A DNA stretch of 51,902 bases, taken from the sequence record DRR723986_6741; one strand, written 5' to 3'. The notes beneath the pieces were generated by a model. The model did no database searches. It saw only the letters and a list, made by a program, of their open reading frames with translations, and was not told where the DNA came from. Position numbers and translations under genes: made by a program. Below, one piece after another: positions 19,815-28,699 of the stretch. The number at the start of each line of letters is the position of its first letter. Within the stretch, counting starts at the first letter, position 1.

Positions 19815-21593
19815 TTAATCTTGCTTTTGCTTGATGAGCCGTTTTCGGTATGCATTGAAGATTCTTGACTTGGAAACAAAGCCCAAATACTTGCCATCTT
19901 CGATTACAGGGAGGTTCCATGCACCAGACAATTCAAATTTTTCCATAGCTTTTTGCATATTCTCAGTAGCCAATAGGATTTCAGGGGGACTATGCATTAG
20001 CTCTTTAATCGTCAAGTTCTCTTGCTTCTCTCGATCAAACATGATGTCCCGAATATCATCTAAGGTGACTATACCTCTTAGAGCTTTAAACTCATCTACT
20101 ACAGGAAAAATATTGCGCTTGGATATTTTCACTAAGTTGATCAAATCTTTCAATTTCGAATCAGGGTGTATTGGAAGCAAGTCTCGCTCAATTACATGGG
20201 AAATGGTTATGAGTTCCAAAAGTTCTTGATCTTTTGACTCAGGTAAGTTTCTGCCTTTTTCTTTCAGTTGAATCATGTAGATGCTGTCTTTCTGATAGGC
20301 AGTCTTAGTTACATAAGAAATCGCCGAAACAAACATCAATGGGACAAAAAGCTCATAACCTCCTGTTAATTCAGCTATTAAAAATATCGCAGAAAGAGGT
20401 GCGTGCTGAGCTCCTGCCATCACTCCACACATAGCAACTAAAGTAAAGTGAGCGAGAGGAAGAGGAATTGTAAAATCAAAAAGATTACTTGTGTAGGCAA
20501 AAAGAAAACCTAAAATACCACCTACATATAAGGAAGGAGCAAATATTCCTCCGCTTCCACCTGCCCCAAGAGTGACTGCAGATGCTATTGGCTTTACTAA
20601 GATGATAAAGGCTAAGAAAATAATGATGATATAGGGGTTCTCAATAATCGAGAAAAAAGGACTTCTTTCAAGTAATTGGCTTGAGTTTCCATCGATTAGC
20701 GTGTTAAGTGTTTCGTACCCTTCTCCATAGATAGGAGGCAGGAAAAAAACCATGATTCCCAAGATTGCCCCGCCGTAAAGTATTCTCAAAGTTTGGCTAT
20801 CAAAACTCTCCATCAAAGATTCTGTTTTTCTTACAGCCTGACTAAAATAGAGAGATACTATACCGCAGGTTATTCCCAGCAGCAAATAATAAGGCATGTG
20901 GGAAGCCTGGAAGTTTTCAGTCAATTTGAAGTTGAAAACGGAGTCTTTGCCGATAAGAACCATGGATGTCAAAGAGCCGGTAACAGATGCAATCAACAGG
21001 GGAATAAAGCTAGCAGTGCTGATTTCCATCATGATTACTTCTATCGCGAAAATCACTCCGCCTATCGGAGCGCCAAATATGGAAGAAATGGCAGCGGCTG
21101 CACCACAGCCTATCAGGAGTGTCCTCTTTTTTGCATTCAGGTGAACAAGAGATCCAACATTAGATCCGATCGCCGAGCCTGTTACTAACATTGGTGCCTC
21201 AAGACCGACAGATCCACCGAATCCAACAGTTATAGCAGAAGTAACTACACGACTGTACGTTTTTACTCTTGCAATGATGCTTTGCTTTTTGGAGATGTTG
21301 AACAGGATATCCGGGATTCCATGCCCCCCCCAATCTTTGAAAATATACTTTCCTAAGATGTAGGCTGTCACAATACCGATAAGTGGATAGATGATATAAA
21401 GGAAATTGGCATATTCCTTATAAAACCCTTCCGTTAGAAAATGCTGAATAGCATGTACTCCTTCCTTTAGAATCACTGCGGCAAGACCTGATAATATACC
21501 TATGATCCCGCTGAGAAGTAGGATAAAGGTTTGGTTACTCATGTGTCTGAGTCTCCATATCAAAAGCCTGGTGATAAAATCAGTTTTAGCCAA
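19815..21593 (-). CDS. CLC-family chloride channel/transporter with C-terminal CBS pair
   Basis: GHGIP, GGSVGLEAP, GGIFAP motifs; CBS domains (FPVVD..GIVT.DD, LPVIE..GFVS). Confidence 0.92.
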   Translation of the reverse strand: MAKTDFITRLLIWRLRHMSNQTFILLLSGIIGILSGLAAVILKEGVHAIQHFLTEGFYKEYANFLYIIYPLIGIVTAYILGKYIFKDWGGHGIPDILFNISKKQSIIARVKTYSRVVTSAITVGFGGSVGLEAPMLVTGSAIGSNVGSLVHLNAKKRTLLIGCGAAAAISSIFGAPIGGVIFAIEVIMMEISTASFIPLLIASVTGSLTSMVLIGKDSVFNFKLTENFQASHMPYYLLLGITCGIVSLYFSQAVRKTESLMESFDSQTLRILYGGAILGIMVFFLPPIYGEGYETLNTLIDGNSSQLLERSPFFSIIENPYIIIIFLAFIILVKPIASAVTLGAGGSGGIFAPSLYVGGILGFLFAYTSNLFDFTIPLPLAHFTLVAMCGVMAGAQHAPLSAIFLIAELTGGYELFVPLMFVSAISYVTKTAYQKDSIYMIQLKEKGRNLPESKDQELLELITISHVIERDLLPIHPDSKLKDLINLVKISKRNIFPVVDEFKALRGIVTLDDIRDIMFDREKQENLTIKELMHSPPEILLATENMQKAMEKFELSGAWNLPVIEDGKYLGFVSKSRIFNAYRKRLIKQKQD

Positions 21594-21662
21594 AATATCG
21601 CGTTAGTTGCGTGCTTAAAAGTCTAAGGTAAGTAAGAAGTAAACCAATGGAAAGGAGAGGCC

Positions 21663-22592
21663 TTACTCTTTGGGTAATTCCACATCCAATGCTCTTGTAC
21701 ACTTCAAGATAAGGTTGACAGCATTGATATAAAACTGTTCGTCTATATTTTCAAAAGAATCACTTGGTTTATGATAGTCTGGGTGATCTTCTACGCCGAA
21801 ATAAATATGTGGAATATTCGCATTAAAGAATGGTCCTTGATCTGAGGATTGAGTCCAGTTATCCCTTCCTGTGTTCGGTTCATCGTGGCCAAACATTAAC
21901 TTGGGAGTAGAACCAATAGACGCTCCTTCTAAGATGGTTTTAAAAGTGGGATAGTAGTAAGTACCCGAAGCATATAGCTCTCCCTTTTCATTTCTGGAAA
22001 TCATATCCATATTGATGTTGAGAAGAATTTGATTTAATTCAAAGGGGAAATCTTTAAGTAATGCTTTTGCACCTTGTAATCCCATCTCTTCGCCGTCCAA
22101 TGCAGCAAAAATCATGGAGTGCTCAGGTCTATGTTTTTTAAAATACCTGGCTAATTCTATCAATGCGGCAGTTCCTGATGCATTGTCGTCGGCACCGTTA
22201 TAAATAGTATCACCATCTGCATTGGGCCTGCCTATCCCCACGTGATCATAGTGTGCAGTAATTACAATCAGTTTTTTTGACTCCTTACCAGCTACAAACC
22301 CTAAAATATTAATAGCGTCTTCGTATGTTTTGTTATCTCTCCTACTTTCAAAAGTAAACTTTTGCTGATAATCGGCATATTGCGTCTTCAGTCCAATGCT
22401 TTTAAATTGATCAAGAATAAAAGAACGTGCTTCAGCATTTCCTTCACTGCCAGTTTTTCTGCCCTTAAGCTCATCAGAAGATAAATACTTGATATTTTCA
22501 ATGAGACTTTTTGGAGAAATACTTTGCCCATTCGCTTGAAAAATTAGTAGAAATAAGAAACAACTTATTGCGTTTTTGATTGAGAGTTGCAT
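21663..22592 (-). CDS. Secreted M28-family metallopeptidase
   Basis: AHYDH, GADDNASG, GEEMG, NMDMI, YHKPSD; signal peptide. Confidence 0.92.
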   Translation of the reverse strand: MQLSIKNAISCFLFLLIFQANGQSISPKSLIENIKYLSSDELKGRKTGSEGNAEARSFILDQFKSIGLKTQYADYQQKFTFESRRDNKTYEDAINILGFVAGKESKKLIVITAHYDHVGIGRPNADGDTIYNGADDNASGTAALIELARYFKKHRPEHSMIFAALDGEEMGLQGAKALLKDFPFELNQILLNINMDMISRNEKGELYASGTYYYPTFKTILEGASIGSTPKLMFGHDEPNTGRDNWTQSSDQGPFFNANIPHIYFGVEDHPDYHKPSDSFENIDEQFYINAVNLILKCTRALDVELPKE

Positions 22593-22661
22593 CAAGGAAA
22601 GTATTTTGCGTTATGTATATTGGTAAAATTAATAAGCTTAGTGGATCACACCTCTGAATTC

Positions 22662-23648
22662 ATGAAATATAATATCCTTTTTATTTTTATTCTTTTAGTA
22701 AATCACAAGCCGGTTTCGGCTCAAGGGGCTCTACCTCAGACATTTTTTGATGGAAAATCGGTGGTTTTAGTCTCAGCCGACCCTTCTGCTAGACCCATCA
22801 TGACTTGGGAAGAAGTGGCAGATAGCGTGCACAATTCACTGGTAAAGGCAGGTGGAGATCCTGTGGCCTATTTTGAACTAGAGAAAGTAGCGCTATCTGA
22901 GGCTGTGCAGACAGACTTTGCCAAGGCGTTTCAGCAGCGGCTTGTTAAGAATATTATTCTAATCACCAGGCAGAAAAATCAGATGAATATTCACGTAGGG
23001 TCTTTTACCGGTGACAAAAATATTATTCCAAGTAAATCGCTTTATGGCATAACAGGAGTTGATATAGGCGCGGTTACTGGCCAGTTTGCTAGTATAGGTG
23101 AACTTCAGCCGACACAAAATCTTCTTGTTTTAGAAGTGCCTGAGTTTCTAAGTATCAGTAATACTGAAACGACATCTAACCTCAAATTTATTCCCCAAAA
23201 TCCGCTCAACCTTGATGTGTTTAAGTTAGGGATTACAATTGAAGGCTCATCAGCAGAAACAGGCCTACTTAGTTACTTTAGGTATGATATGTATGGTAAG
23301 TCGCCCGAAGTTATCCTGGCTGAGCAGGCAGCTCAAAAAGCCGGAATCGAACAAGTGCTCAAGCAGGAATATCCATATGAAATTGAGTGGCTCACCGATG
23401 CAAAATCTGAAGCAGAATTAATTCAAGAAAAAGTCCAGTTTCTGTTGGTAAAAGTAGAAGGCAGAGAAGCAGATTTGATGAAAAGTATGGGGCTAGAACC
23501 AAGAACGGATGAAGCTGCTTCAAGGATAGTTGTAAAATATTACATCAAGCTTCTTGTTCGTGAGGAGCTGTACATAGGCCCTGAATGGGATGCTGATCCT
23601 GATTGGAGAGTAGCCTTGAATAACTTTCTAAAGAATTTAAAAAAATAG
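22662..23648 (+). CDS. Secreted hypothetical protein
   Basis: Signal peptide MKYNILFIFILLVNHKPVSA from ATG 22662 (the track start overlaps the divergent gene); no motif recognised. Confidence 0.7.
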   Translation: MKYNILFIFILLVNHKPVSAQGALPQTFFDGKSVVLVSADPSARPIMTWEEVADSVHNSLVKAGGDPVAYFELEKVALSEAVQTDFAKAFQQRLVKNIILITRQKNQMNIHVGSFTGDKNIIPSKSLYGITGVDIGAVTGQFASIGELQPTQNLLVLEVPEFLSISNTETTSNLKFIPQNPLNLDVFKLGITIEGSSAETGLLSYFRYDMYGKSPEVILAEQAAQKAGIEQVLKQEYPYEIEWLTDAKSEAELIQEKVQFLLVKVEGREADLMKSMGLEPRTDEAASRIVVKYYIKLLVREELYIGPEWDADPDWRVALNNFLKNLKK

Positions 23649-23670
23649 ACCTCTCCAATGAGAGGTCTAT
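23639..23670. terminator. Intrinsic terminator hairpin with U-tract on the minus strand
   Basis: ATAGACCTCTC-CAAT-GAGAGGTCTAT (23645-23670) preceded by an A-run on the plus strand. Confidence 0.8.
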
Positions 23671-23756
23671 AGCTACTTAATGATAGGGGTGATTTAAGCA
23701 ACTTCTACTAGTATTGATTTATTAGAGATAGTTGGAATATTCCGTCTCTATAGGAT
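23639..23756 (-). ncRNA. Candidate small RNA with three hairpins
   Basis: -7-like CAACTTTG (23761-23768, minus), two stem-loops, then a terminator; the middle stem pairs fully only on the minus strand via G-U pairs. Confidence 0.4.
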
Positions 23757-23849
23757 AAATCAAAGTTGTAAATTTCAATTATTCAATAATAATCAAATTT
23801 TTTTCGATTAAAATGTACTTAGCTAAAAAAATTAGAAAAATCGATTCTC

Positions 23850-24416
23850 TTAATACAGTTCTTTGTTCATAAAAGGAATCAAAGCCAGTATAATTGCTTG
23901 GTTATAATAGGTTTGTCTAGTAAGTACACCATGAGTTAGGATGCCCACAGAACCTCCATTTTGTTTTGAATTTTCTTGAGAAAAAACCTGGTCATCAGCT
24001 TCCCCCAATTCCATTCCAGATTGAATGAGTTTAGCAATGACTTCTGGGAGGTAAAAAATTCCAGTTTTTGCTTTGCCTTTTAACCCAGTTTTATCTTCAA
24101 TATATATCCAAGCAAAAGCGTACATGCCTCCTTCATCCTCAGCTATTCCTCCTTCTATACCCACCCAATAGTCTGCTTCAGGGAAGGTTTTTCTTGCATT
24201 GATTACTCGATTTCTTGCCCCCAAATAGGTCTCTTCATCACCTTTGGGTTGATCGGAAACTTGCGAGGCAGCATTGATGCCATTTACCACAAATCCCTTA
24301 GCAAAAGCTTCAGTAAAAGCGGATTCAGTACAATCTATTTTAACGGGGTTCTTACTTCCTACAATAATTAGTGGCTTTTCTACAGCCTGGAAATTTTCTC
24401 TTTTTGGGAAATTCAT
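23850..24416 (-). CDS. yjjX: Inosine/xanthosine triphosphatase
   Basis: VGSKNPVK, VSDQP...ET..GARNR, VGIEGG, G.ELG, G.VG.LT.G.LTR. Confidence 0.9.
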   Translation of the reverse strand: MNFPKRENFQAVEKPLIIVGSKNPVKIDCTESAFTEAFAKGFVVNGINAASQVSDQPKGDEETYLGARNRVINARKTFPEADYWVGIEGGIAEDEGGMYAFAWIYIEDKTGLKGKAKTGIFYLPEVIAKLIQSGMELGEADDQVFSQENSKQNGGSVGILTHGVLTRQTYYNQAIILALIPFMNKELY

Positions 24417-24441
24417 AAAATAAAAAAACCTAGGCGGGTGC

Positions 24442-25149
24442 CTAGGCCATGTTTGTGAAAATTTGATTTACGTCATCGTCATCTTCCATCTTTTCTATCA
24501 TCTTATTGATAATCTCTTCCTGCTCCTCATCTAGTTCTGTGAGGGTAGTCGGGAAGCGTTGAAAGTCCGCGCTGATAACTTCTATATTTCGTTCTTCTAG
24601 TGCTTTTTGCATGGTGCCAAAGTCTTCAAATTCTGTGTAAACGAAGATTTCTCCTTCGTTTTCATCAATGTCTACCAGGCCAAAATCAATTAATTCGAAC
24701 TCTAATTCTTCTAGGTCAAACTCCCCTTTTGCAAAGCGGAAAACAGCCTTTCTGTCAAACATAAAAACCACTGATCCAGACGTGCCAAGTGAGCCACCAG
24801 CTTTAGAAAAATAGCTTCTCACATTAGCGACAGTTCTATTGATGTTGTCTGTGGAGGTTTCTACCACGACAGCGATTCCGAAAGGGCCATAGCCTTCGTA
24901 AACCACTTCTTCGTAATCTTTCTCATCCTTATTTGAGGCGCGCTTGATAGCTGCTTCAATTCTGTCTTTGGGCATTTGTGCTCCCTTCGCATTCTGGATG
25001 ATTGTACGAAGTCTTGGATTAGAAGCAGGATCGGGACCACCCGATTTCACCGCCATCACGATCTCTTTTCCTAGACGCGTAAAAACTTTGGACATTTTGT
25101 CCCAACGCTTGAATTTTCTCTCTTTTCTGAATTCAAATGCTCTTCCCAT
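24442..25149 (-). CDS. yebC: YebC/PmpR family protein
   Basis: GGPDPASNPRLR, MPKD.IE.AIKRA, YEGYGP.G, TDN.NRT, DDDDV. Confidence 0.95.
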   Translation of the reverse strand: MGRAFEFRKERKFKRWDKMSKVFTRLGKEIVMAVKSGGPDPASNPRLRTIIQNAKGAQMPKDRIEAAIKRASNKDEKDYEEVVYEGYGPFGIAVVVETSTDNINRTVANVRSYFSKAGGSLGTSGSVVFMFDRKAVFRFAKGEFDLEELEFELIDFGLVDIDENEGEIFVYTEFEDFGTMQKALEERNIEVISADFQRFPTTLTELDEEQEEIINKMIEKMEDDDDVNQIFTNMA

Positions 25150-25295
25150 GGTTATAAACTATTAGCGTGGTAAAATTAGCAATTCTTTTCGTTTAGGCTG
25201 AAAAATGAATAACTCAGAAGAAAGTTTTGGTAATTTAATCCCAGAAATCTGCCCAAAATAGCTTATAAATCGTAAGCAATTAAAACACTTTTATT

Positions 25296-26627
25296 ATGTC
25301 GGATTTTCTTTCCCATCCTCTCCCAAACATTCCCAAATCAGATTTACCGAAAGTAGTTATTGTAGGCGCAGGTTTTGGAGGTTTAAAGCTTGCAATGAAG
25401 CTGATGAAAAAGAAGTTTCAGGTGATCCTTTTGGATAAGCACAATTACCATCAGTTTCAGCCCTTATTTTATCAAGTGGCTACAGCAGGCCTGGAGCCCA
25501 GCGCTATTTCATTTCCGCTACGCAAAATATTTCATGGGTCAAAAAATGTGACTTTTCGGATGGCGCAGGTGGAGTACTTTGATCCAAAAATTAAGCGGGT
25601 CTATACCGACATGGGATACTTGGATTATACTTATCTGGTGATGGCAATGGGGGCGGACACTAATTATTTTGGAAATAAAAATATAGAAGAATCTGCCTCT
25701 CCAATGAAAACTGTTTCTGAGGCGCTTTACATCAGGAATAAGATCATCTCCAACTACGAGCGTGCTATCAATATTGAGAGATCTGAGGATCGAAAATCAT
25801 TGATGAATGTAGTGATCGTCGGTGGCGGACCAACTGGAGTAGAGCTGGCCGGAGCAATGGCCGATTTGAGGAATACTGTGCTTCCAAAGGATTATCCCGA
25901 GTTGAATTTCCATAATATGAAGATAGTGCTTATAGAGGCAGGCCCAGATTTACTAGGTTCTATGTCTCCGGAGTCAAAAGCACATGCATTGAAGTATCTG
26001 CAGGATCTTGGGGTAGAAGTGATGCTGAAAACCTTGGTGAAAGACTATAATGGAGAGGAAGTAATTCTAGCAGATAGAGAAGCAATTCAGACGCAAACCC
26101 TTCTCTGGGCTGCTGGTATCAAACCGAATCGAATTGGGGGTATTGAAGAGGATAGTTATGCCCCGAATGGTAGAATTTTCGTTGATGATTTTTCTGAAGT
26201 TAAAGGGTGTCCGGACGTTTTTGCCTTGGGAGATATTAGTTTGATGTCTCAGGCGGAGTATCCAAAGGGTCATCCTCAAGTTGCTCAAGTAGCTATTCAA
26301 CAAGCTGTTTGCCTTGCAACTAATCTTCAAAGAATCGAAGAGGGTAAAGAGAAGAAAATTTTTACATATAAGGATTTGGGTTCCATGGCTACTGTAGGTA
26401 GAAAATTGGCCGTGGTTGACTTACCATTTATCAAGTTTCAGGGCATTCTTGCCTGGTTTACTTGGCTATTTGTTCACCTGATGGCGATCCTTGGGGTGAA
26501 AAACAAAGTATTTATCTTCCTCGATTGGTCTTGGAATTATTTGAGCTTCGACCCAAGCCTAAGATTGCTTATCAAACCTAAAGCGGTGCGCCCTAGTGAG
26601 CAGAAAGAACTGACTGAAGAGAGATAG
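25296..26627 (+). CDS. ndh: Type II NADH:quinone oxidoreductase
   Basis: GAGFGG, FQPLFYQVAT, GGGPTGVELAG, ALGD, AQVAIQQ, YKDLGSMATVG. Confidence 0.9.
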   Translation: MSDFLSHPLPNIPKSDLPKVVIVGAGFGGLKLAMKLMKKKFQVILLDKHNYHQFQPLFYQVATAGLEPSAISFPLRKIFHGSKNVTFRMAQVEYFDPKIKRVYTDMGYLDYTYLVMAMGADTNYFGNKNIEESASPMKTVSEALYIRNKIISNYERAINIERSEDRKSLMNVVIVGGGPTGVELAGAMADLRNTVLPKDYPELNFHNMKIVLIEAGPDLLGSMSPESKAHALKYLQDLGVEVMLKTLVKDYNGEEVILADREAIQTQTLLWAAGIKPNRIGGIEEDSYAPNGRIFVDDFSEVKGCPDVFALGDISLMSQAEYPKGHPQVAQVAIQQAVCLATNLQRIEEGKEKKIFTYKDLGSMATVGRKLAVVDLPFIKFQGILAWFTWLFVHLMAILGVKNKVFIFLDWSWNYLSFDPSLRLLIKPKAVRPSEQKELTEER

Positions 26628-26668
26628 ATAATTTAGATTTGTTAACAAAAACAATTTTATGTGTGATT

Positions 26669-26695
26669 AAACTCATCTGTTCTAGGTCTGTCTAA
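26669..26695 (+). promoter_or_regulatory. ECF-sigma-like promoter
   Basis: AAAC (26669-26672), 17 nt, GTCTAA (26690-26695), about 25 nt before the start codon. Confidence 0.4.
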
Positions 26696-26720
26696 TTCGT
26701 GTAACTAAACACTAGAACAC

Positions 26721-27149
26721 ATGAACAAATGGATTTTCGCTACAGGTATGATGGTTATGATCAGCCTAAGCACAATGGCACAAAAGAGAGGTGGTGAAAG
26801 ACCAACCGCGGAAGAAAGAGCAAAGCGATCTACTGAGCAAATGGCTGAGTCACTTTCACTTACTGAAGCACAGAAAAAGCAGATCTTAGAAATCAACCTT
26901 GAGTATGCTAAAAAGAATGAGGCCGAAATGGCTGAAAGAAAAGCTGAAATGGAGGCACGAAAAGCAGAAATGGAAGCCAAGAGGGAGGAATTGAAAGCCC
27001 AGGATGCTAAAATCCAGGCGGTGCTAACTGAAGAGCAGAAAGCAAAATGGACTGAAATCAAGGCGGAAAGAATGGATGATCGTCGTAGAGGCAGACCAAA
27101 TGCGCAAATCGAAGGTGATCCACGGAAAGGGAGAAGAGGAGGTAATTAA
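26721..27149 (+). CDS. Periplasmic Spy/CpxP-like (LTxxQ, DUF4890-like) helical protein
   Basis: Signal peptide; LSLTEAQK and VLTEEQK LTxxQ motifs; charged coiled coil. Confidence 0.8.
   Translation: MNKWIFATGMMVMISLSTMAQKRGGERPTAEERAKRSTEQMAESLSLTEAQKKQILEINLEYAKKNEAEMAERKAEMEARKAEMEAKREELKAQDAKIQAVLTEEQKAKWTEIKAERMDDRRRGRPNAQIEGDPRKGRRGGN
26922..26984 (+). repeat. Three imperfect 21-nt coding tandem repeats (AEMAERK/AEMEARK/AEMEAKR)
   Basis: GCnGAAATGG at 26922, 26943 and 26964. Confidence 0.75.
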
Positions 27150-27172
27150 TTCTCCTTTTCTCATAATACTAG

Positions 27173-27205
27173 AAAAGCCATCCTGAACACTCGGGATGGC
27201 TTTTT
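27173..27205. terminator. Bidirectional intrinsic terminator
   Basis: AAAAGCCATCCTGA-ACAC-TCGGGATGGCTTTT between convergent genes. Confidence 0.88.
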
Positions 27206-27225
27206 GTCTTTGAAATACAGCTTAT

Positions 27226-28698
27226 TTAATCTAATATTTCCTCTTCCACTTGGAAGAACGATTCGTCTTTCTGTGGAAGGTTAGATTCTCCCATTAGGTA
27301 TTCATCTACCTTTACAGCAGCTTCTCTACCTTCAGATATCGCCCAAACGACTAAAGATTGACCTCTTCGCATATCTCCAGCTAGGAAAACTTTTGAATTA
27401 GTGCTTTGATAATTTTTAGACTTCGGAAGCGTGTTTTCCATAGTTTCTGCCCCAAATGCTGCTAGTAAACCATTCTGCGCCGGCCCAGTGTAGCCGATCG
27501 CCAAGAATGCGAGATCACATGGAACGGTACGTTCGGTTCCAGCAATTTCTTCGAAAACCATTCGACCATCCTTATGTACCCATTCTAGATCTACTAGACT
27601 CAAGCCAGTTACTTGCCCTTCATCATTTACGATAAATTCCTTGGTAAGGATCGAGAATACACGCTCAGCACCTTCTTCATGTGAACTAGAGGTACGCAAA
27701 GTCATAGGCCATTCTGGCCAAGGATTCAGAGTGTTTCTCTGCTGAGGAGGCTTAGGCAATAGTTCAAGCTGAGTAATTGAAGCAGCTCCATGTCTATTAG
27801 ATGTGCCTATACAATCACTGCCAGTATCTCCACCACCTATTACGATGACGTGCTTACCTTTAGCAGAAATTGGGTTTTCTTTAATTTCACCAGATACCAC
27901 CTTGTTTTGTTGGCCTAAGAATTCCATGGCAAAATGAACACCTTTTGCTTCAGCGCCTTTGATGTTTAATCCTCTGGGCTGTCCTGCTCCAGTGGAAAGT
28001 ACCACTGCATCAAAGTTTTTAAGAATATTCTCCGCTTTGATATTGAAACCTATTTCAGTATCACATGAGAAAATTACTCCCTCTTGTTTCATGAATTCGA
28101 TTCGACGATCAATCACCCATTTTTCAAGCTTGAAATCTGGAATGCCAAATCGAAGTAATCCTCCTGGCTTTGAGTCTTTTTCGAAAATCGTTACTTCATG
28201 CCCTGCTTGATTTAGTTGGTCTGCTGCTGCAAGCCCTGCAGGTCCAGAGCCTACTACAGCAACTGATTTTCCAGTTCGTGTTTTTGGCGGATTTGCTTTG
28301 ATCAAGCCTAGTTCGTATGCCTTCTCAGCGATGTTTTTTTCGATCAATTCAATCGCAACGGGATCTTTATTGATGCCTAATACACAGCTTGCTTCACACG
28401 GAGCTGGACAAATTCTCCCTGTGAATTCAGGGAAATTGTTGGTGCTGCGTAGAATTTTAATCGCTTGCTCCCATTCGTTTTTATAAACCGCATCATTGAA
28501 ATCCGGTATTACATTACCAAGTGGACAACCATTATGGCAAAACGGTACCCCACAATCCATGCATCGTGCAGCCTGATTATTTAACTTTTCGCCACTAAAT
28601 GGCTCATATATTTCCTTGTAGTCACCTATTCTAGCTTTCGCGTCACGGGTAACCGGAGTTTCTCTTTTGAATTGAATAAATCCTTCTTTCGCTCCCAT
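27226..28698 (-). CDS. gltD: Glutamate synthase small subunit
   Basis: RCMDCGVPFC, CPLGN, GRICPAPCEASC, GSGPAG, GGGDTG, GDMRRGQSLVVWAI. Confidence 0.97.
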   Translation of the reverse strand: MGAKEGFIQFKRETPVTRDAKARIGDYKEIYEPFSGEKLNNQAARCMDCGVPFCHNGCPLGNVIPDFNDAVYKNEWEQAIKILRSTNNFPEFTGRICPAPCEASCVLGINKDPVAIELIEKNIAEKAYELGLIKANPPKTRTGKSVAVVGSGPAGLAAADQLNQAGHEVTIFEKDSKPGGLLRFGIPDFKLEKWVIDRRIEFMKQEGVIFSCDTEIGFNIKAENILKNFDAVVLSTGAGQPRGLNIKGAEAKGVHFAMEFLGQQNKVVSGEIKENPISAKGKHVIVIGGGDTGSDCIGTSNRHGAASITQLELLPKPPQQRNTLNPWPEWPMTLRTSSSHEEGAERVFSILTKEFIVNDEGQVTGLSLVDLEWVHKDGRMVFEEIAGTERTVPCDLAFLAIGYTGPAQNGLLAAFGAETMENTLPKSKNYQSTNSKVFLAGDMRRGQSLVVWAISEGREAAVKVDEYLMGESNLPQKDESFFQVEEEILD

Positions 28699-28699
28699 T

